Source of the DNA: an uncultured Gammaproteobacteria bacterium
GTDB taxonomy: Bacteria > Pseudomonadota > Gammaproteobacteria > JABCZS01
Length of the DNA stretch: 64,000 nt
Direction: 5' to 3'
Assembly (NCBI GenBank): GCA_963848305.1
Contig: CAWKDC010000003.1
Location: forward strand, 128,001-192,000
Of this stretch, positions 51,893-62,441 are shown in pieces. Under the pieces are notes generated by a model. It did no database searches, was not told where the DNA came from, and saw only the letters and a list, made by a program, of their open reading frames with translations. Each line of letters begins with the position of its first letter. The stretch's first letter is position 1. Made by a program: the position numbers and the translations under genes.

Positions 51893-52653
51893 CGTAACAC
51901 TTTCAACCCACTGCCCAAATTTAACGACGACATTAATCTTTTGAAGGCATTTAATTCAGACTCCGATTCAAATGGACCGACGTGCACGCGGTATAACGAG
52001 GTGTCTGATTTGATTTCAACCGGTTTGTCTGTGTGTGTTTGCAAGGTTTCCAGCAGGCTTTCCGCATTCGTGGGATTCGTGAAAGCAGCGACCTGTACAT
52101 AGATAGGTTCTTGAGCGGCAGGCTCTTGAGCATCTAGCGCCTCTACTTTCACACGCCCTGTGCCCAGATTCACAATCCCAAGCTTTTTGGCCGCGGCATA
52201 CGATAAATCGATGATACGTCCATGTGCAAAAGGCCCGCGATCATTGACGCGCACAACGGTGGATTCATTGTTATCCAGGTTGGTTACGCGTACATAGCTG
52301 GGGATGGGTAAATGTTTGTGCGCAGCAGTCATCGCAAACATATCGTAGGGTTCACCACTGGAGGTGCGGCGACCATGAAATTTTGTGCCATACCAGGATG
52401 CAACGCCTTCTTCTTCATACCCCAGGTGCGAATCCCAGACTTCATATTTTTTGCCTAGGGCCATATAAGTTGATGGATTACCATATTTGCTGTAAGGCTC
52501 AGCTTGGGGGATGGGTTCCTTCACATGGCTGACGTCTACGGGTTTGGGTGGCGCGCCGTCTGTGGAAGTTTGCTTGACTGGTGGGATATGGGGTGGGTTG
52601 CTTTGGCATCCGACTAAAAAAGTGATCAGGATAAGGGGCACGAATTTCAGCAT
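51889..52653 (-). CDS. rlpA: Septal ring lytic transglycosylase RlpA with SPOR domain
   Basis: Lipobox LVGC, ASWYG..FHG, TAAH..LP, VNDRGPF, IIDLS; C-terminal YVQVAAF..YRVHVGP. Confidence 0.93.
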   Translation of the reverse strand: MLKFVPLILITFLVGCQSNPPHIPPVKQTSTDGAPPKPVDVSHVKEPIPQAEPYSKYGNPSTYMALGKKYEVWDSHLGYEEEGVASWYGTKFHGRRTSSGEPYDMFAMTAAHKHLPIPSYVRVTNLDNNESTVVRVNDRGPFAHGRIIDLSYAAAKKLGIVNLGTGRVKVEALDAQEPAAQEPIYVQVAAFTNPTNAESLLETLQTHTDKPVEIKSDTSLYRVHVGPFESESELNAFKRLMSSLNLGSGLKVLR

Positions 52654-52741
52654 GATGATTCTCCTGTTATATAAGGATAGCGCAGAAAATGGTTGATGCT
52701 GGTTAAAGAATGAGGGAGCTCTGCCGATACGTTTTTACATG

Positions 52742-52816
<75 letters not shown>

Positions 52817-52828
52817 ACTAACGGGGCT

Positions 52829-52857
52829 ATACTACTGTAATCAGCGGCTTACGTCAA
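52829..52857 (-). promoter_or_regulatory. Sigma70 promoter of tRNA-Asn
   Basis: Minus strand TTGACG-17 nt-TAGTAT followed by a GC-rich discriminator. Confidence 0.65.
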
Positions 52858-52941
52858 CGGTTTTTTTTGGATTTTTGCTGGTGTGTCAGGGATTCGCGTA
52901 GTATATTTAAAACAGGATCTGAATAAAACAAGGGGGCGGAC

Positions 52942-53175
52942 ATGTCCAGTACAACACCGAATTATCATGCTCGGCTGGCCGAACAACAATTGCCTGGTCT
53001 GATTGAGCAGTACACTGATGCACTTGAATCGCTTATTAACCGTATTGAATTATTGTATCCTTATGCGCAGCCTGCCTCAGAAAGCAAGGCTGATCATGAA
53101 GCAGATGTCAAGCGTCATCAAGAAGCATTGGGCATGATCAATACCGCCATACAATCAGAATTAGGAGAAAAATAA
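52942..53175 (+). CDS. Hypothetical small helical protein
   Basis: 77-aa ORF after a G-rich RBS-like stretch; TAATG overlap with the next gene. Confidence 0.6.
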   Translation: MSSTTPNYHARLAEQQLPGLIEQYTDALESLINRIELLYPYAQPASESKADHEADVKRHQEALGMINTAIQSELGEK

Positions 53176-53456
53176 TGGGTATTATTACCACGCAACCCGA
53201 ATTGATCGCATTATCGCAAAATGCGATTTCGAAATACCGTGTGGCCATTGAAACGGCTTTCAAAGATCCTGCTAAAGCCAAAGAGCAGATGAAAGAGGGG
53301 ATTCAATTTTGTGAACATGCCCAGCAAGAACTGGCCAGAACACCCATGATGGAACCTTTGAAGGGGCTCGCCACGCTCGGCGTGATGGATTGGGCTTCTG
53401 TGGCCAATGCCCTGGCGCAAAAGCGCGAGGCGAAAAAATCAGGACCGAGGGTGTAG
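53175..53456 (+). CDS. Hypothetical small helical protein
   Basis: 93-aa ORF with AGGAG RBS, translationally coupled; stop supplied by a GTAG REP. Confidence 0.65.
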   Translation: MGIITTQPELIALSQNAISKYRVAIETAFKDPAKAKEQMKEGIQFCEHAQQELARTPMMEPLKGLATLGVMDWASVANALAQKREAKKSGPRV

Positions 53457-53492
53457 GGGCGTATATTTGCTCCCCCCCGCGAATGCGGGGGG
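53453..53492. repeat. Degenerate GTAG REP plus GC hairpin (possible terminator between convergent genes)
   Basis: GTAGGGGCGTATATTTGCTCCCC followed by CCCCCCGC-GAAT-GCGGGGGG. Confidence 0.6.
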
Positions 53493-53505
53493 TAAGCAGA
53501 TAGTT

Positions 53506-54684
53506 TTATAATACCTCTCTCATCCTCTCTATCGCTTTCTTCAAATTATCCATGCTGGTCGCGAATGACAAGCGCACATAACCGTTCAAACCAAAGGCAG
53601 AGCCGGGCACCAACGCCACGCGGGCTTTTTCCAGCAGGAAGGCGCAGAAGTCTGTGTCATCCTTGAAGCCATGTTTTTCCATCGCTTTTTTCACACAAGG
53701 GAAGGAATAGAATGTCCCATCGCTTGGTGTGCATTCAAAGCCAGGCAATGCATTCAATGCATCAACCAAATAATCGTGGCGTTCTTTAAACGCTTTCAAC
53801 ATCATTTGTATGCAGCTTTGATCACCTGTTAATGCAGCCAAAGCGGCTTTTTGTGCGATAGACGTGGGATTTGATGTGCAATGCGATTGGATTTTTTCCA
53901 TCGCGGCAATGATTTCTTTGGGGCCAGCAGCATAGCCAATGCGCCAACCTGTCATGGCATAGCTTTTCGAGACGCCATGCAAAATCACTGTGCGATCGTA
54001 TAAATCCGGCGCCACATTCAAGATATTCACAAAAGGTTCTGGCGTCCAGAGCATTTTTTCATACATGTCGTCGGTGCCAATCACGATGCGTGGGTGCTTC
54101 CTGAGCACCTCTGCCAAACTGCGTAATTCATCAGCCGTATAAGCGACACCTGAGGGGTTAGAGGGGCTGTTCAAATAAAACAACTTGGTTTTAGGGGTGA
54201 TCGCAGCTTCAAGTTGTTTCGCAGTGATCTTAAAACGTTGATCAATGCCAGCTTCAATATAGACAGGTTTCGCATCAGCCAATTCGGCAAAAGCAGGGTA
54301 GGAAACCCAATAAGGGGAAGGGATGATGACCTCATCCCCTTCATCCAAGATAGCCTGGGCAAGATTGTAGCAGGATTGTTTGCCGCCGGTAGACACAATC
54401 ACCTGGTTGAGCCCGTAGGTGATGCCGTTATCCTTTTGAAATTTATCAGCAATGGCTTGTTTGAGTTCTGGAATGCCATCAACGGCGGTATATTTTGTAA
54501 AACCCTGTTCAATCGCTTGAATGGCAGCACGTTTGATATGCTCAGGGGTGTCAAAGTCGGGTTCGCCGGCGGCCAGTGCAATCACATCGACGCCTTGACG
54601 CTTGAGTGCAGCTGCCTTGGTGGTGATCACGAGTGTGGGGGAAGGTTGAATGCGTTCTGAGCGGGCGGAAAAAGAAATAGTCAT
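53506..54684 (-). CDS. aspC: Aspartate aminotransferase (class I/II PLP-dependent)
   Basis: GEPDFDTP, PYWVSY, NSPSNPSG, D..Y, SKSYAMTGWRIG; divergent from uvrB. Confidence 0.9.
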   Translation of the reverse strand: MTISFSARSERIQPSPTLVITTKAAALKRQGVDVIALAAGEPDFDTPEHIKRAAIQAIEQGFTKYTAVDGIPELKQAIADKFQKDNGITYGLNQVIVSTGGKQSCYNLAQAILDEGDEVIIPSPYWVSYPAFAELADAKPVYIEAGIDQRFKITAKQLEAAITPKTKLFYLNSPSNPSGVAYTADELRSLAEVLRKHPRIVIGTDDMYEKMLWTPEPFVNILNVAPDLYDRTVILHGVSKSYAMTGWRIGYAAGPKEIIAAMEKIQSHCTSNPTSIAQKAALAALTGDQSCIQMMLKAFKERHDYLVDALNALPGFECTPSDGTFYSFPCVKKAMEKHGFKDDTDFCAFLLEKARVALVPGSAFGLNGYVRLSFATSMDNLKKAIERMREVL

Positions 54685-54713
54685 GAAATAGCTCCTTAAT
54701 GATGGACAGCGAC

Positions 54714-54743
54714 TTGCGTATTCTACCCGAAACTCATTAGAAT
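54714..54743 (+). promoter_or_regulatory. Putative sigma70 promoter giving a leaderless uvrB mRNA
   Basis: TTGCGT-18 nt-TAGAAT-6 nt-ATG(54750); no Shine-Dalgarno. Confidence 0.5.
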
Positions 54744-54749
54744 GTCCCT

Positions 54750-56735
54750 ATGAAAGACACCTTCCGTTTAAAAAGCAACTTCGAGCCAACTGGCGACCAG
54801 CCGAGTGCGATTGCCTCCCTGACTGAGGGTCTAGAAGACGGCCTGGCCAAGCAAACCTTGATTGGCGTGACAGGTTCGGGCAAGACGTTTAGCATCGCTC
54901 ATGTGATTGCCAAGGCGAATCGCCCAACCTTGATCATGGCACCCAATAAAACTTTGGCCGCACAATTATACGGCGAAATGAAATCGTTTTTCCCACATAA
55001 TGCCGTCGAGTATTTTGTGTCCTATTACGATTATTATCAACCCGAAGCTTATGTGCCATCATCGGATACCTATATTGAAAAAGATGCGTCCATCAATGCG
55101 CATATCGAGCAAATGCGATTATCTGCCACGAAAGCACTGCTCGAGCGCAATGATGCGATCATCGTGGCCAGTGTGTCTGCGATTTACGGATTGGGTGATC
55201 CGCGTTTATATTTAAGCATGGTATTGCATTTGGATCGGGGCGATAAAATTGATCAGCGCCATATTTTAAAACGGTTGGCCGAATTACAGTATGCGCGCAA
55301 TGACATGGATTTTCGACGCGCGACTTACCGTGTGCGAGGCGATGTGATTGATGTTTTCCCAGCTGAATCTGATGAAGAAGCCTTGCGCATCCAATTGTTT
55401 GATGATGAAATTGAATCACTGCAGTTTTTTGATCCACTCACCGGTGAAATATTGCGCAACGTGCCACGTGCCACTGTTTATCCCAAATCTCATTATGTGA
55501 CGCCGCGAGAAAATGTATTGAAAGCGATTGATGCGATCAAAGGTGAATTGAAAGAGCGTCTGGCACAATTATCCGATCTGAATAAACTGGTCGAATATCA
55601 ACGTCTTGATCAGCGTACACGATATGATTTAGAAATGCTGAATGAATTAGGTTATTGTCAAGGCATTGAAAATTACAGCCGTCATTTATCTGGATATCCG
55701 GCCGGCAAGGCGCCGCCCACTTTATTTGAATATTTGCCAAAAAACTCGCTGTTGATCATTGATGAATCGCATGTCACTGTGCCACAAATTGGTGCGATGT
55801 ATCATGGCGATCGTTCACGCAAAACAACGTTGGTGGAATATGGTTTTCGGTTACCGAGCGCACTAGACAATCGTCCCATGCGTTTCGATGAATTTGAAGC
55901 ACGTTCTCCGCAAACGATATATGTCTCGGCCACACCCGGCCCATATGAATTAGAGCACAGCGATAAAGTATGTGAACAGGTGATCCGTCCCACGGGATTA
56001 TTAGATCCGGAAATTGAAATACGCCCCGTCGGCTCACAGGTCGATGATGTCTTATCTGAAATCACCAAACGCGTGGCATTAGGGGATCGCGTGATGATCA
56101 CGACCCTCACGAAACGCATGTCTGAAGATTTAACGGATTATTTATCAGAACATGGTGTGAAGGTGCGATATCTGCATTCTGATATTGATACGATTGAACG
56201 CGTGGAAATCATTCGTGATTTTAGATTAGGTGAATTTGATGTTTTGGTGGGTATTAACTTATTGCGAGAAGGGTTGGATATGCCCGAAGTCTCATTGGTC
56301 GCGATATTTGATGCTGATAAAGAAGGGTTTTTACGCTCGACACGATCACTCATTCAAACGATTGGGCGGGCTGCGCGGAATGCACGTGGCAAAGCCATTT
56401 TATACGCTGATAGGATCACGGATTCTATGAAGACAGCGATGGGTGAAACAGAACGTCGCCGCATGAAACAAATGGCTTACAATGAACAACATGGCATCAC
56501 ACCCCAAACCGTGATGAAATCAGTGGAAGATATTCTGGAAGGCGCGACATCTTTTTCGGGTAAGTCACGGCAGAAAAAACAAACTGTCGATCAGGAAACG
56601 CAATCACTGACCCCAGTGGAGCTCGCCAAAAAAATTAAAACATTAGAAAATGAAATGTATGAATGTGCGAAAAACTTAGAGTTCGAAAAAGCTGCCCAAA
56701 TCAGAGATCAATTACATCTATTAATTGCATTGTAG
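54750..56735 (+). CDS. uvrB: Excinuclease ABC subunit B
   Basis: [43 protein letters not shown]-terminal UVR motif. Confidence 0.98.
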   Translation: MKDTFRLKSNFEPTGDQPSAIASLTEGLEDGLAKQTLIGVTGSGKTFSIAHVIAKANRPTLIMAPNKTLAAQLYGEMKSFFPHNAVEYFVSYYDYYQPEAYVPSSDTYIEKDASINAHIEQMRLSATKALLERNDAIIVASVSAIYGLGDPRLYLSMVLHLDRGDKIDQRHILKRLAELQYARNDMDFRRATYRVRGDVIDVFPAESDEEALRIQLFDDEIESLQFFDPLTGEILRNVPRATVYPKSHYVTPRENVLKAIDAIKGELKERLAQLSDLNKLVEYQRLDQRTRYDLEMLNELGYCQGIENYSRHLSGYPAGKAPPTLFEYLPKNSLLIIDESHVTVPQIGAMYHGDRSRKTTLVEYGFRLPSALDNRPMRFDEFEARSPQTIYVSATPGPYELEHSDKVCEQVIRPTGLLDPEIEIRPVGSQVDDVLSEITKRVALGDRVMITTLTKRMSEDLTDYLSEHGVKVRYLHSDIDTIERVEIIRDFRLGEFDVLVGINLLREGLDMPEVSLVAIFDADKEGFLRSTRSLIQTIGRAARNARGKAILYADRITDSMKTAMGETERRRMKQMAYNEQHGITPQTVMKSVEDILEGATSFSGKSRQKKQTVDQETQSLTPVELAKKIKTLENEMYECAKNLEFEKAAQIRDQLHLLIAL

Positions 56736-56759
56736 GGGCACATCAATCTAACATAGAAA

Positions 56760-57521
56760 TCAAATAATGCAGCATCCTAATGTGAACGCCACATCCTCTT
56801 GCTTCGGTATCGCGTGCAATTCCGGGCCTTGCGTGAGAAAACGTACGCTGACTCTATGTTTGCCGCCACTGATCTCAGGGAAAACATCATGATTTTTCAA
56901 TTTGATGCGGATCATTTGGCAAGGCGTGTGCGTTTCGAGCATTTTCTGAAAATAACCCGCAGTCGCAACGGCTTCTTCTTCATACGCGCTGTGTCGGATG
57001 ATATTGAGCAGCAGGGTGACAGTGGTTTCGATGGGAAAGAAATGCTCATACCATGTTTCGAGTGATACATGCCGATGCTTGGCAGGTTGGCTTAGCCAGA
57101 AATGGAATGCCGGGACATCAAAGCTGCACGTGCCGCCAGGAATGGAAAGCCTTGGGCGCACAATATTCAGCAATTCATTGTTGCGCAAACCATCGCCGAG
57201 ACGGCCGGTAGTTTGGCGCAAAGTGGTTGAGTGTTCCTTTAACATGCTCAGCAGATTGTCCAATGTTTTTTGATTCACGTCAGGTTTTTCTTTGAGTTTG
57301 TTCAATACGCCGGAGAGGCGATCGATTTCTTTAAAAAATTCTGTTTTGAGATCGGCGCGTTCAAGCAAGCTCAGGACTTCAATTATCCCAGCAATGGCTT
57401 GTCTATGCCAGGCGCTGTCATTATCGAGCGCTTGACGCGTTTGGCTGAATAAATGTTCAAGACGCAGCAAAGTGCGCATACGTTCATTCAGCGGTTGTTC
57501 ATATATGATATGGTTTGGCAT
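56760..57521 (-). CDS. zapD: Cell division protein ZapD
   Basis: YEQPLNERMRTLLRLE.L, IPGGTCSFDVP, PEISGGKHRVSVRF. Confidence 0.93.
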   Translation of the reverse strand: MPNHIIYEQPLNERMRTLLRLEHLFSQTRQALDNDSAWHRQAIAGIIEVLSLLERADLKTEFFKEIDRLSGVLNKLKEKPDVNQKTLDNLLSMLKEHSTTLRQTTGRLGDGLRNNELLNIVRPRLSIPGGTCSFDVPAFHFWLSQPAKHRHVSLETWYEHFFPIETTVTLLLNIIRHSAYEEEAVATAGYFQKMLETHTPCQMIRIKLKNHDVFPEISGGKHRVSVRFLTQGPELHAIPKQEDVAFTLGCCII

Positions 57522-57547
57522 GATGGATGAAGTATAGCAGGTCTATT

Positions 57548-57573
57548 GTAGGGGCGCAGCATGCTGCGCCCTA
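57548..57573 (+). repeat. GTAG-family REP
   Basis: GTAGGGGCGCAGCATGCTGCGCCCTA near-perfect palindrome. Confidence 0.75.
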
Positions 57574-57591
57574 ATTTTAAATGCCCCGCAT

Positions 57592-58752
57592 CTAGATCAG
57601 CAGCCCAGTCACTGCCACCCAAACGCCAAATCCCATCACCAATATAGGCAAGAACTTGCCGCAGACTTTCAACTTGATGGCCATGAGTGGCGGGAGGATG
57701 AATGCCATGATGGCGAGAAACACGCCGCCAAATGCCAACAGACGAATAAACCCATCAGGATACAAGATCGCGGCCAACAAGGGCAGGCCAAATGTCAATA
57801 GCCCTATCACTTTGCGTTGTCGAAAAAAGGCAGATTGTGATGACAAGCTGTCACTTAAAAAATCAAACAGGCCGAGTGTGACGCCCAAAAATGAGGTGAC
57901 GAGGGCGATGGGGGCGAGTGTTTGAATCACATAATTTAGAACCGGCTGATCGAGACGCGCAACCCACAGCGCAATGAACGGTTCAACGTCAGGTGTGGTG
58001 AGGGTGGCGAAACTGTTCGGCCCTGTGCGGGGAATAACCCCAAGCGTGATCACGACCCAGAAAATATACGCGAAGAGGGGGATCAGGCTTCCCCAGAGTA
58101 ATGCTTGTTTCAGCGATGTTTCATCATACTGCATATACTGGGCCAAAGACGGAATAATATGATGGTAACCGAAAGAAACGAATAACACAGGCACGGCAAG
58201 CCATAACCCTGTCCAGGCCGGCGCACCTTCTATGGCGAGTGTGGCGTTGACGTGAGGGGTGCACAGCGCAATCATGACAATGAATAAGAGCGCTTTGATC
58301 CCCATCAATACACGGTTCAGTGTATCCGTTGCACGGGTGCTCACGACGATGAAGGCGCCCAATACGACAGTGAATAACAATTCCAATAGCCCTGTAGGCG
58401 CCACATAGCCTTGTGACAATAACAGAGATCTCAGCAGCGAGCTGCCGCCCGTGATATACGCGACGGTCAGTGAGAATAGCAATCCGAGAACACAAGCGCG
58501 CGCAACCCATTGACCCGGTTTGCCCAAGGTGAGCAATGCCATGCGGTTGATGTGCAGATCCGTTTTCGGCAATGCCATGGTGACAGTCAATAAGATACGC
58601 CCCGCCAATAAACTGAACAACCACATCAGCCCCAGCAGCCCCAAGGTGATAGGCACGCCTAACGACGCGGTAGCGAGGGGAATCCCAAGCATCCCTGCAC
58701 CTATTGCAGTGCCGGTGATGAGCAGGGCGGATCCAACCATTTTTGAGCTCAT
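57592..58752 (-). CDS. Aromatic amino acid permease (TyrP/Mtr, HAAAP family)
   Basis: GTAIGAGMLGIP, SFGYH.IIPSL, TSFLGVTLGLFD. Confidence 0.9.
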   Translation of the reverse strand: MSSKMVGSALLITGTAIGAGMLGIPLATASLGVPITLGLLGLMWLFSLLAGRILLTVTMALPKTDLHINRMALLTLGKPGQWVARACVLGLLFSLTVAYITGGSSLLRSLLLSQGYVAPTGLLELLFTVVLGAFIVVSTRATDTLNRVLMGIKALLFIVMIALCTPHVNATLAIEGAPAWTGLWLAVPVLFVSFGYHHIIPSLAQYMQYDETSLKQALLWGSLIPLFAYIFWVVITLGVIPRTGPNSFATLTTPDVEPFIALWVARLDQPVLNYVIQTLAPIALVTSFLGVTLGLFDFLSDSLSSQSAFFRQRKVIGLLTFGLPLLAAILYPDGFIRLLAFGGVFLAIMAFILPPLMAIKLKVCGKFLPILVMGFGVWVAVTGLLI

Positions 58753-58765
58753 GCTATACATCCTG

Positions 58766-59977
58766 TTATGACCAAACGGGGAGTAAATTCAATTGACGTA
58801 ATATTTCAATGGTGATGAACACACCGCCCATCAGTAGTACGACAATGATCGTCAGTGTACCCCCAAATACTTGGTAGGGGGAAGACAGCGCTGGGTTTTT
58901 GCGGCGAGCATAAGCCATCAGCGCGGGTACAATCATTAAAATAATCGCCACGAAAATAGATGCGATGCTGAGTAATGCAATAAAGCCTTCGGGGTAAACA
59001 ATCACAAATATGAGCGGGGGAACAAATGTCAGCAGTGTCGTGCGCAGACGATGGGGCGTTTTATCTTTGGCATCTTGCAGGCAATCGAACAGGCCTAAAC
59101 TCACGCCCAAGAAAGAAGTGATCATCGCTAAATTCGCAAAAGCGTTGATCACACCGTTGAGCCAAGGGGCTGGGCGTGCATGGCTGATCGCAATCATCAG
59201 GGAAGACAGGGATCCATCATTTTGTGCAAGCGCTTTGAAACCCATCTCGCCTTCATAAGGCACGGTGCCCAATAATGCGGCGAGCCAAAAGATGTAAATC
59301 AGTAACGGCAACAAACTAGCACAGCATAAGACTGTTTTGAGTGAGGAGACATCGTATTTTAAATAAGGGGCAAGTGAGGGGATCACGATGTGAAACCCGA
59401 ATGCCGTTAAGACCACCGGCAGTGCAGTCAAGGTATAGGTAGGTTCAAATTGGGTGAAGAGGGGGGCCACATCAATTTGAGGCAGGAAAAATGCAAAAAT
59501 CAGGCCGAGCAGGATCAACTTGATGGAGAAGAAACTGCGGTTCAATAAATCCACGGCACGTGTGCCAAAAGCCACGGTGCCTCCCAAAATCGCCGTGAAA
59601 ATCAGTTCGTTCAGCCATGTGGGTGGGGCTTTGCCGAAGGCAAGCGTGCAGATGGCTTCAAATAAAGAGCCGCCGCCTGTGATATAGGCTGAAATCAGGA
59701 TATATAAGAGCATCACAAATGACACGTAGGTCATGATCTTGCCGGGTTTACCCAGGGTGGCCTGTGCCATAGAGGGGTAGCTGTTGTTTGGGGCTTTAAA
59801 CGCCAGATTGACTTCTAATGTTAGCAAGGCTGATACAAACATCCCCGCCCATAAGACAATGAACATCATCGTAGAGGGGATGAACCCCGGGCCGGCAGCC
59901 ACCAGCGGAAATGCCAGCATGCCTGCCCCAATGGCGGTGCCAGCGGCAATGAGTGTTGACCCGATGATTTTGTTCAT
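58766..59977 (-). CDS. Aromatic amino acid permease (TyrP/Mtr, HAAAP family), tandem paralog
   Basis: GTAIGAGMLAFP, AFGFHIVIPSL, TSFLGVSLGLFD. Confidence 0.9.
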   Translation of the reverse strand: MNKIIGSTLIAAGTAIGAGMLAFPLVAAGPGFIPSTMMFIVLWAGMFVSALLTLEVNLAFKAPNNSYPSMAQATLGKPGKIMTYVSFVMLLYILISAYITGGGSLFEAICTLAFGKAPPTWLNELIFTAILGGTVAFGTRAVDLLNRSFFSIKLILLGLIFAFFLPQIDVAPLFTQFEPTYTLTALPVVLTAFGFHIVIPSLAPYLKYDVSSLKTVLCCASLLPLLIYIFWLAALLGTVPYEGEMGFKALAQNDGSLSSLMIAISHARPAPWLNGVINAFANLAMITSFLGVSLGLFDCLQDAKDKTPHRLRTTLLTFVPPLIFVIVYPEGFIALLSIASIFVAIILMIVPALMAYARRKNPALSSPYQVFGGTLTIIVVLLMGGVFITIEILRQLNLLPVWS

Positions 59978-60089
59978 GATATTCCCCAACAATAAAAACC
60001 ATTCTACCATGATTCATCTTGCTTGTAGGTCATTGTATCTCAGAGTAACATGACTATAATTGAATGAGGTTAATGAACAAGAGGTTACC

Positions 60090-62441
60090 ATGACAACACC
60101 AGATCCCCTGACAGCAATGACCCCTGCCCAGCGCTACGAAGCAGTAGGGCGACACTATGGAGATTCTGAGCACTCTACCGTTTTTCGGCGCCTTAGACAT
60201 CAACGCAACCTGATCACAATGAGCGATGCACTTCACGTCACGCCTGATGCAGACTCAGACCAGCTGATAAGAATCAAAACTGCATTAAAAGATTTAACAC
60301 AAATCCCGGGTTGGGCTACAAAATCATTCGAAGAACAGTGTCCCTTCATTCAAGACAGATTGGCTGCTTATGGCATTTATCTCTCACCCGGTCAAGTCGT
60401 GAATTATTTCAAAGATCCAAATGACAGCACGAAATTAAACGCTCTATTGCTACAACCCTTAACAGTTCCCCCAGCTGCTTTAACAGCTGCCGACAATGCG
60501 CGTCATAAATTGCTGTTTCAAATCTTGCATGATGCCATCGTTGAAGATTTAAAAACAAAAGATCAAACCCTCAAGAACAAACCAGCCTCCACTGTGGCCA
60601 AACTCAATGTCTGTCTGGAACGTGTGAAAAAAGCGCTTCAACAGATTAATGATGCCGACGGTACCCCAGCGCATCCTTATAAATCGTTGAATGATCTTTA
60701 CCTCATCCTCAAAACCACGACTGGGGATAAAGACAATCAAGCCAAAGAATGGGATGTGTTGTTTGCTGAGATGAAGCTAGATCAAAAGGGCAAGAACGTC
60801 GAACGTAACGCCTATGTCGCAGCAGAATATTATCGTCTGGCGGAGAACCATGGTTTGCGTGAATTGGGTGGCGATTCATTATTTGTCAAGCAAGCGGGCA
60901 CGGAACTGGGTGCTCCTGCTACCCTCCGTCGCGTGCATGATGCCAAGACGCGTCGAGGCGCTGATACCCTGCAATCCATTGAAGGGCATAAAAGGGTGAT
61001 TTCTTATGTCAATTTGCCGTACACGTCTGAAGTCCTGGCAAGGATCATCAATGAGTCTCTCACCCTGGATACTTTTGCGGCCGCAGAAAAAGGTATTGGC
61101 GGTAAGCCCAACCCCTTTTTCAAACTGCCTAAATTTAAAATTGGCGACAGCGATAAAATCTATATGTATGCTGTGAAATTGGACGGTGACGAATTAAAAT
61201 GGTTCAAGCAAGAACTCGTTGAATCTGAGCCTAAAACAAACCCTCCCACTTATTCCAAACAAGGCAACCCTAGCTTGTTGAGTCAATCGCAGATAAGGTT
61301 GATCAAAAACGTTGATGGTTCCGCCATGGCAGAAGATTTTTTTGATCAAGTGCTCAAGGCGCAAGATGAACTGATCAAAGCCTACGATTTTAACGTGAAA
61401 TCAGATACGGGCATGACCAATGCATCATTGGTCGGTGATGCTGAGCCCATGGTGTTTGAATTTTCAGATGCCAGATTGAGTTCTGCTGCTCCCGAACCTG
61501 CCCCTGCCCTTTCAGATGAAGACAAGCATGCACACCTTGCCGCTGTTTGGGGTGTGATGCTTGAGAAAGTGCTGAAGATCGAGGCCACAGAATTTGATGC
61601 GTTTCGAGATGCGGTTGTTGCATTGATTGACGGGGAAAATGTACGCATGGGCTCTCCTCCAGCGCCAGCCCTCCTTGACAGATTGTCGTCCGCAGTTGGG
61701 GATGAACAGTCATTATTAGAAGAGATTGTTGAGAATATACGTAACGCTCTAAACGATGCAAAAGGTTCGCGCCTCATGCCTGCGGAAATAGCCATTTTGA
61801 ATGCGCTCGTTGCTCAATATGACACATCCAGGCCTACTGACCGCGCTTCATTCAACACAATGCTGACGACAAACAATATTGAATTGGACAAGGCAGTTCC
61901 TCCAGGGCTAGAAAGAGCATTATTCAGAGCGCAGTCGCATCGTATTGCTGATCGTGAGCCCCTCACGCTATTCGGTCATGCCGAGGCTTCAGATGCCTTC
62001 CGTTTCAATGTGTTGACAAGCATGGGAAATGATTATCTTACTTATGGCTTCGCAAAATATGTCAATGCAGCTGGTACCAATCCCATTGTGATTGAAATCG
62101 ATGGTCAACAATATGCTTTCAAGCCAACAGAAACAAGTGGGGGTAACAACAGTTATGCAGTGTATACATGGAATAGTGATGGCAGTGAGGGCGGTATTTA
62201 TATCCCTGAGAACAAGGAAAAAGAACTAGCATTCCGCGCAGGTTTGGCGCAATGCCTATTGAAGAAGGCGAAAGAGGCGCTCCCGGCAACATCGACGGCT
62301 GAACGTGATGCACTGGACAAAGTAAAAATCCTCATGAGTGGCAAGAATGACAAGGGAGAGCCCTCGGTGGTGAGACATGAGTGGAATAAGCCACTCAGCG
62401 AAGCAGACAAGACTTCAAGTAAGCTTAAACCTGGCAGCTAA
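60090..62441 (+). CDS. Large orphan soluble protein (candidate effector)
   Basis: Uninterrupted ~780-codon ORF, GAGG RBS before ATG 60090, no recognisable motif. Confidence 0.65.
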   Translation: MTTPDPLTAMTPAQRYEAVGRHYGDSEHSTVFRRLRHQRNLITMSDALHVTPDADSDQLIRIKTALKDLTQIPGWATKSFEEQCPFIQDRLAAYGIYLSPGQVVNYFKDPNDSTKLNALLLQPLTVPPAALTAADNARHKLLFQILHDAIVEDLKTKDQTLKNKPASTVAKLNVCLERVKKALQQINDADGTPAHPYKSLNDLYLILKTTTGDKDNQAKEWDVLFAEMKLDQKGKNVERNAYVAAEYYRLAENHGLRELGGDSLFVKQAGTELGAPATLRRVHDAKTRRGADTLQSIEGHKRVISYVNLPYTSEVLARIINESLTLDTFAAAEKGIGGKPNPFFKLPKFKIGDSDKIYMYAVKLDGDELKWFKQELVESEPKTNPPTYSKQGNPSLLSQSQIRLIKNVDGSAMAEDFFDQVLKAQDELIKAYDFNVKSDTGMTNASLVGDAEPMVFEFSDARLSSAAPEPAPALSDEDKHAHLAAVWGVMLEKVLKIEATEFDAFRDAVVALIDGENVRMGSPPAPALLDRLSSAVGDEQSLLEEIVENIRNALNDAKGSRLMPAEIAILNALVAQYDTSRPTDRASFNTMLTTNNIELDKAVPPGLERALFRAQSHRIADREPLTLFGHAEASDAFRFNVLTSMGNDYLTYGFAKYVNAAGTNPIVIEIDGQQYAFKPTETSGGNNSYAVYTWNSDGSEGGIYIPENKEKELAFRAGLAQCLLKKAKEALPATSTAERDALDKVKILMSGKNDKGEPSVVRHEWNKPLSEADKTSSKLKPGS

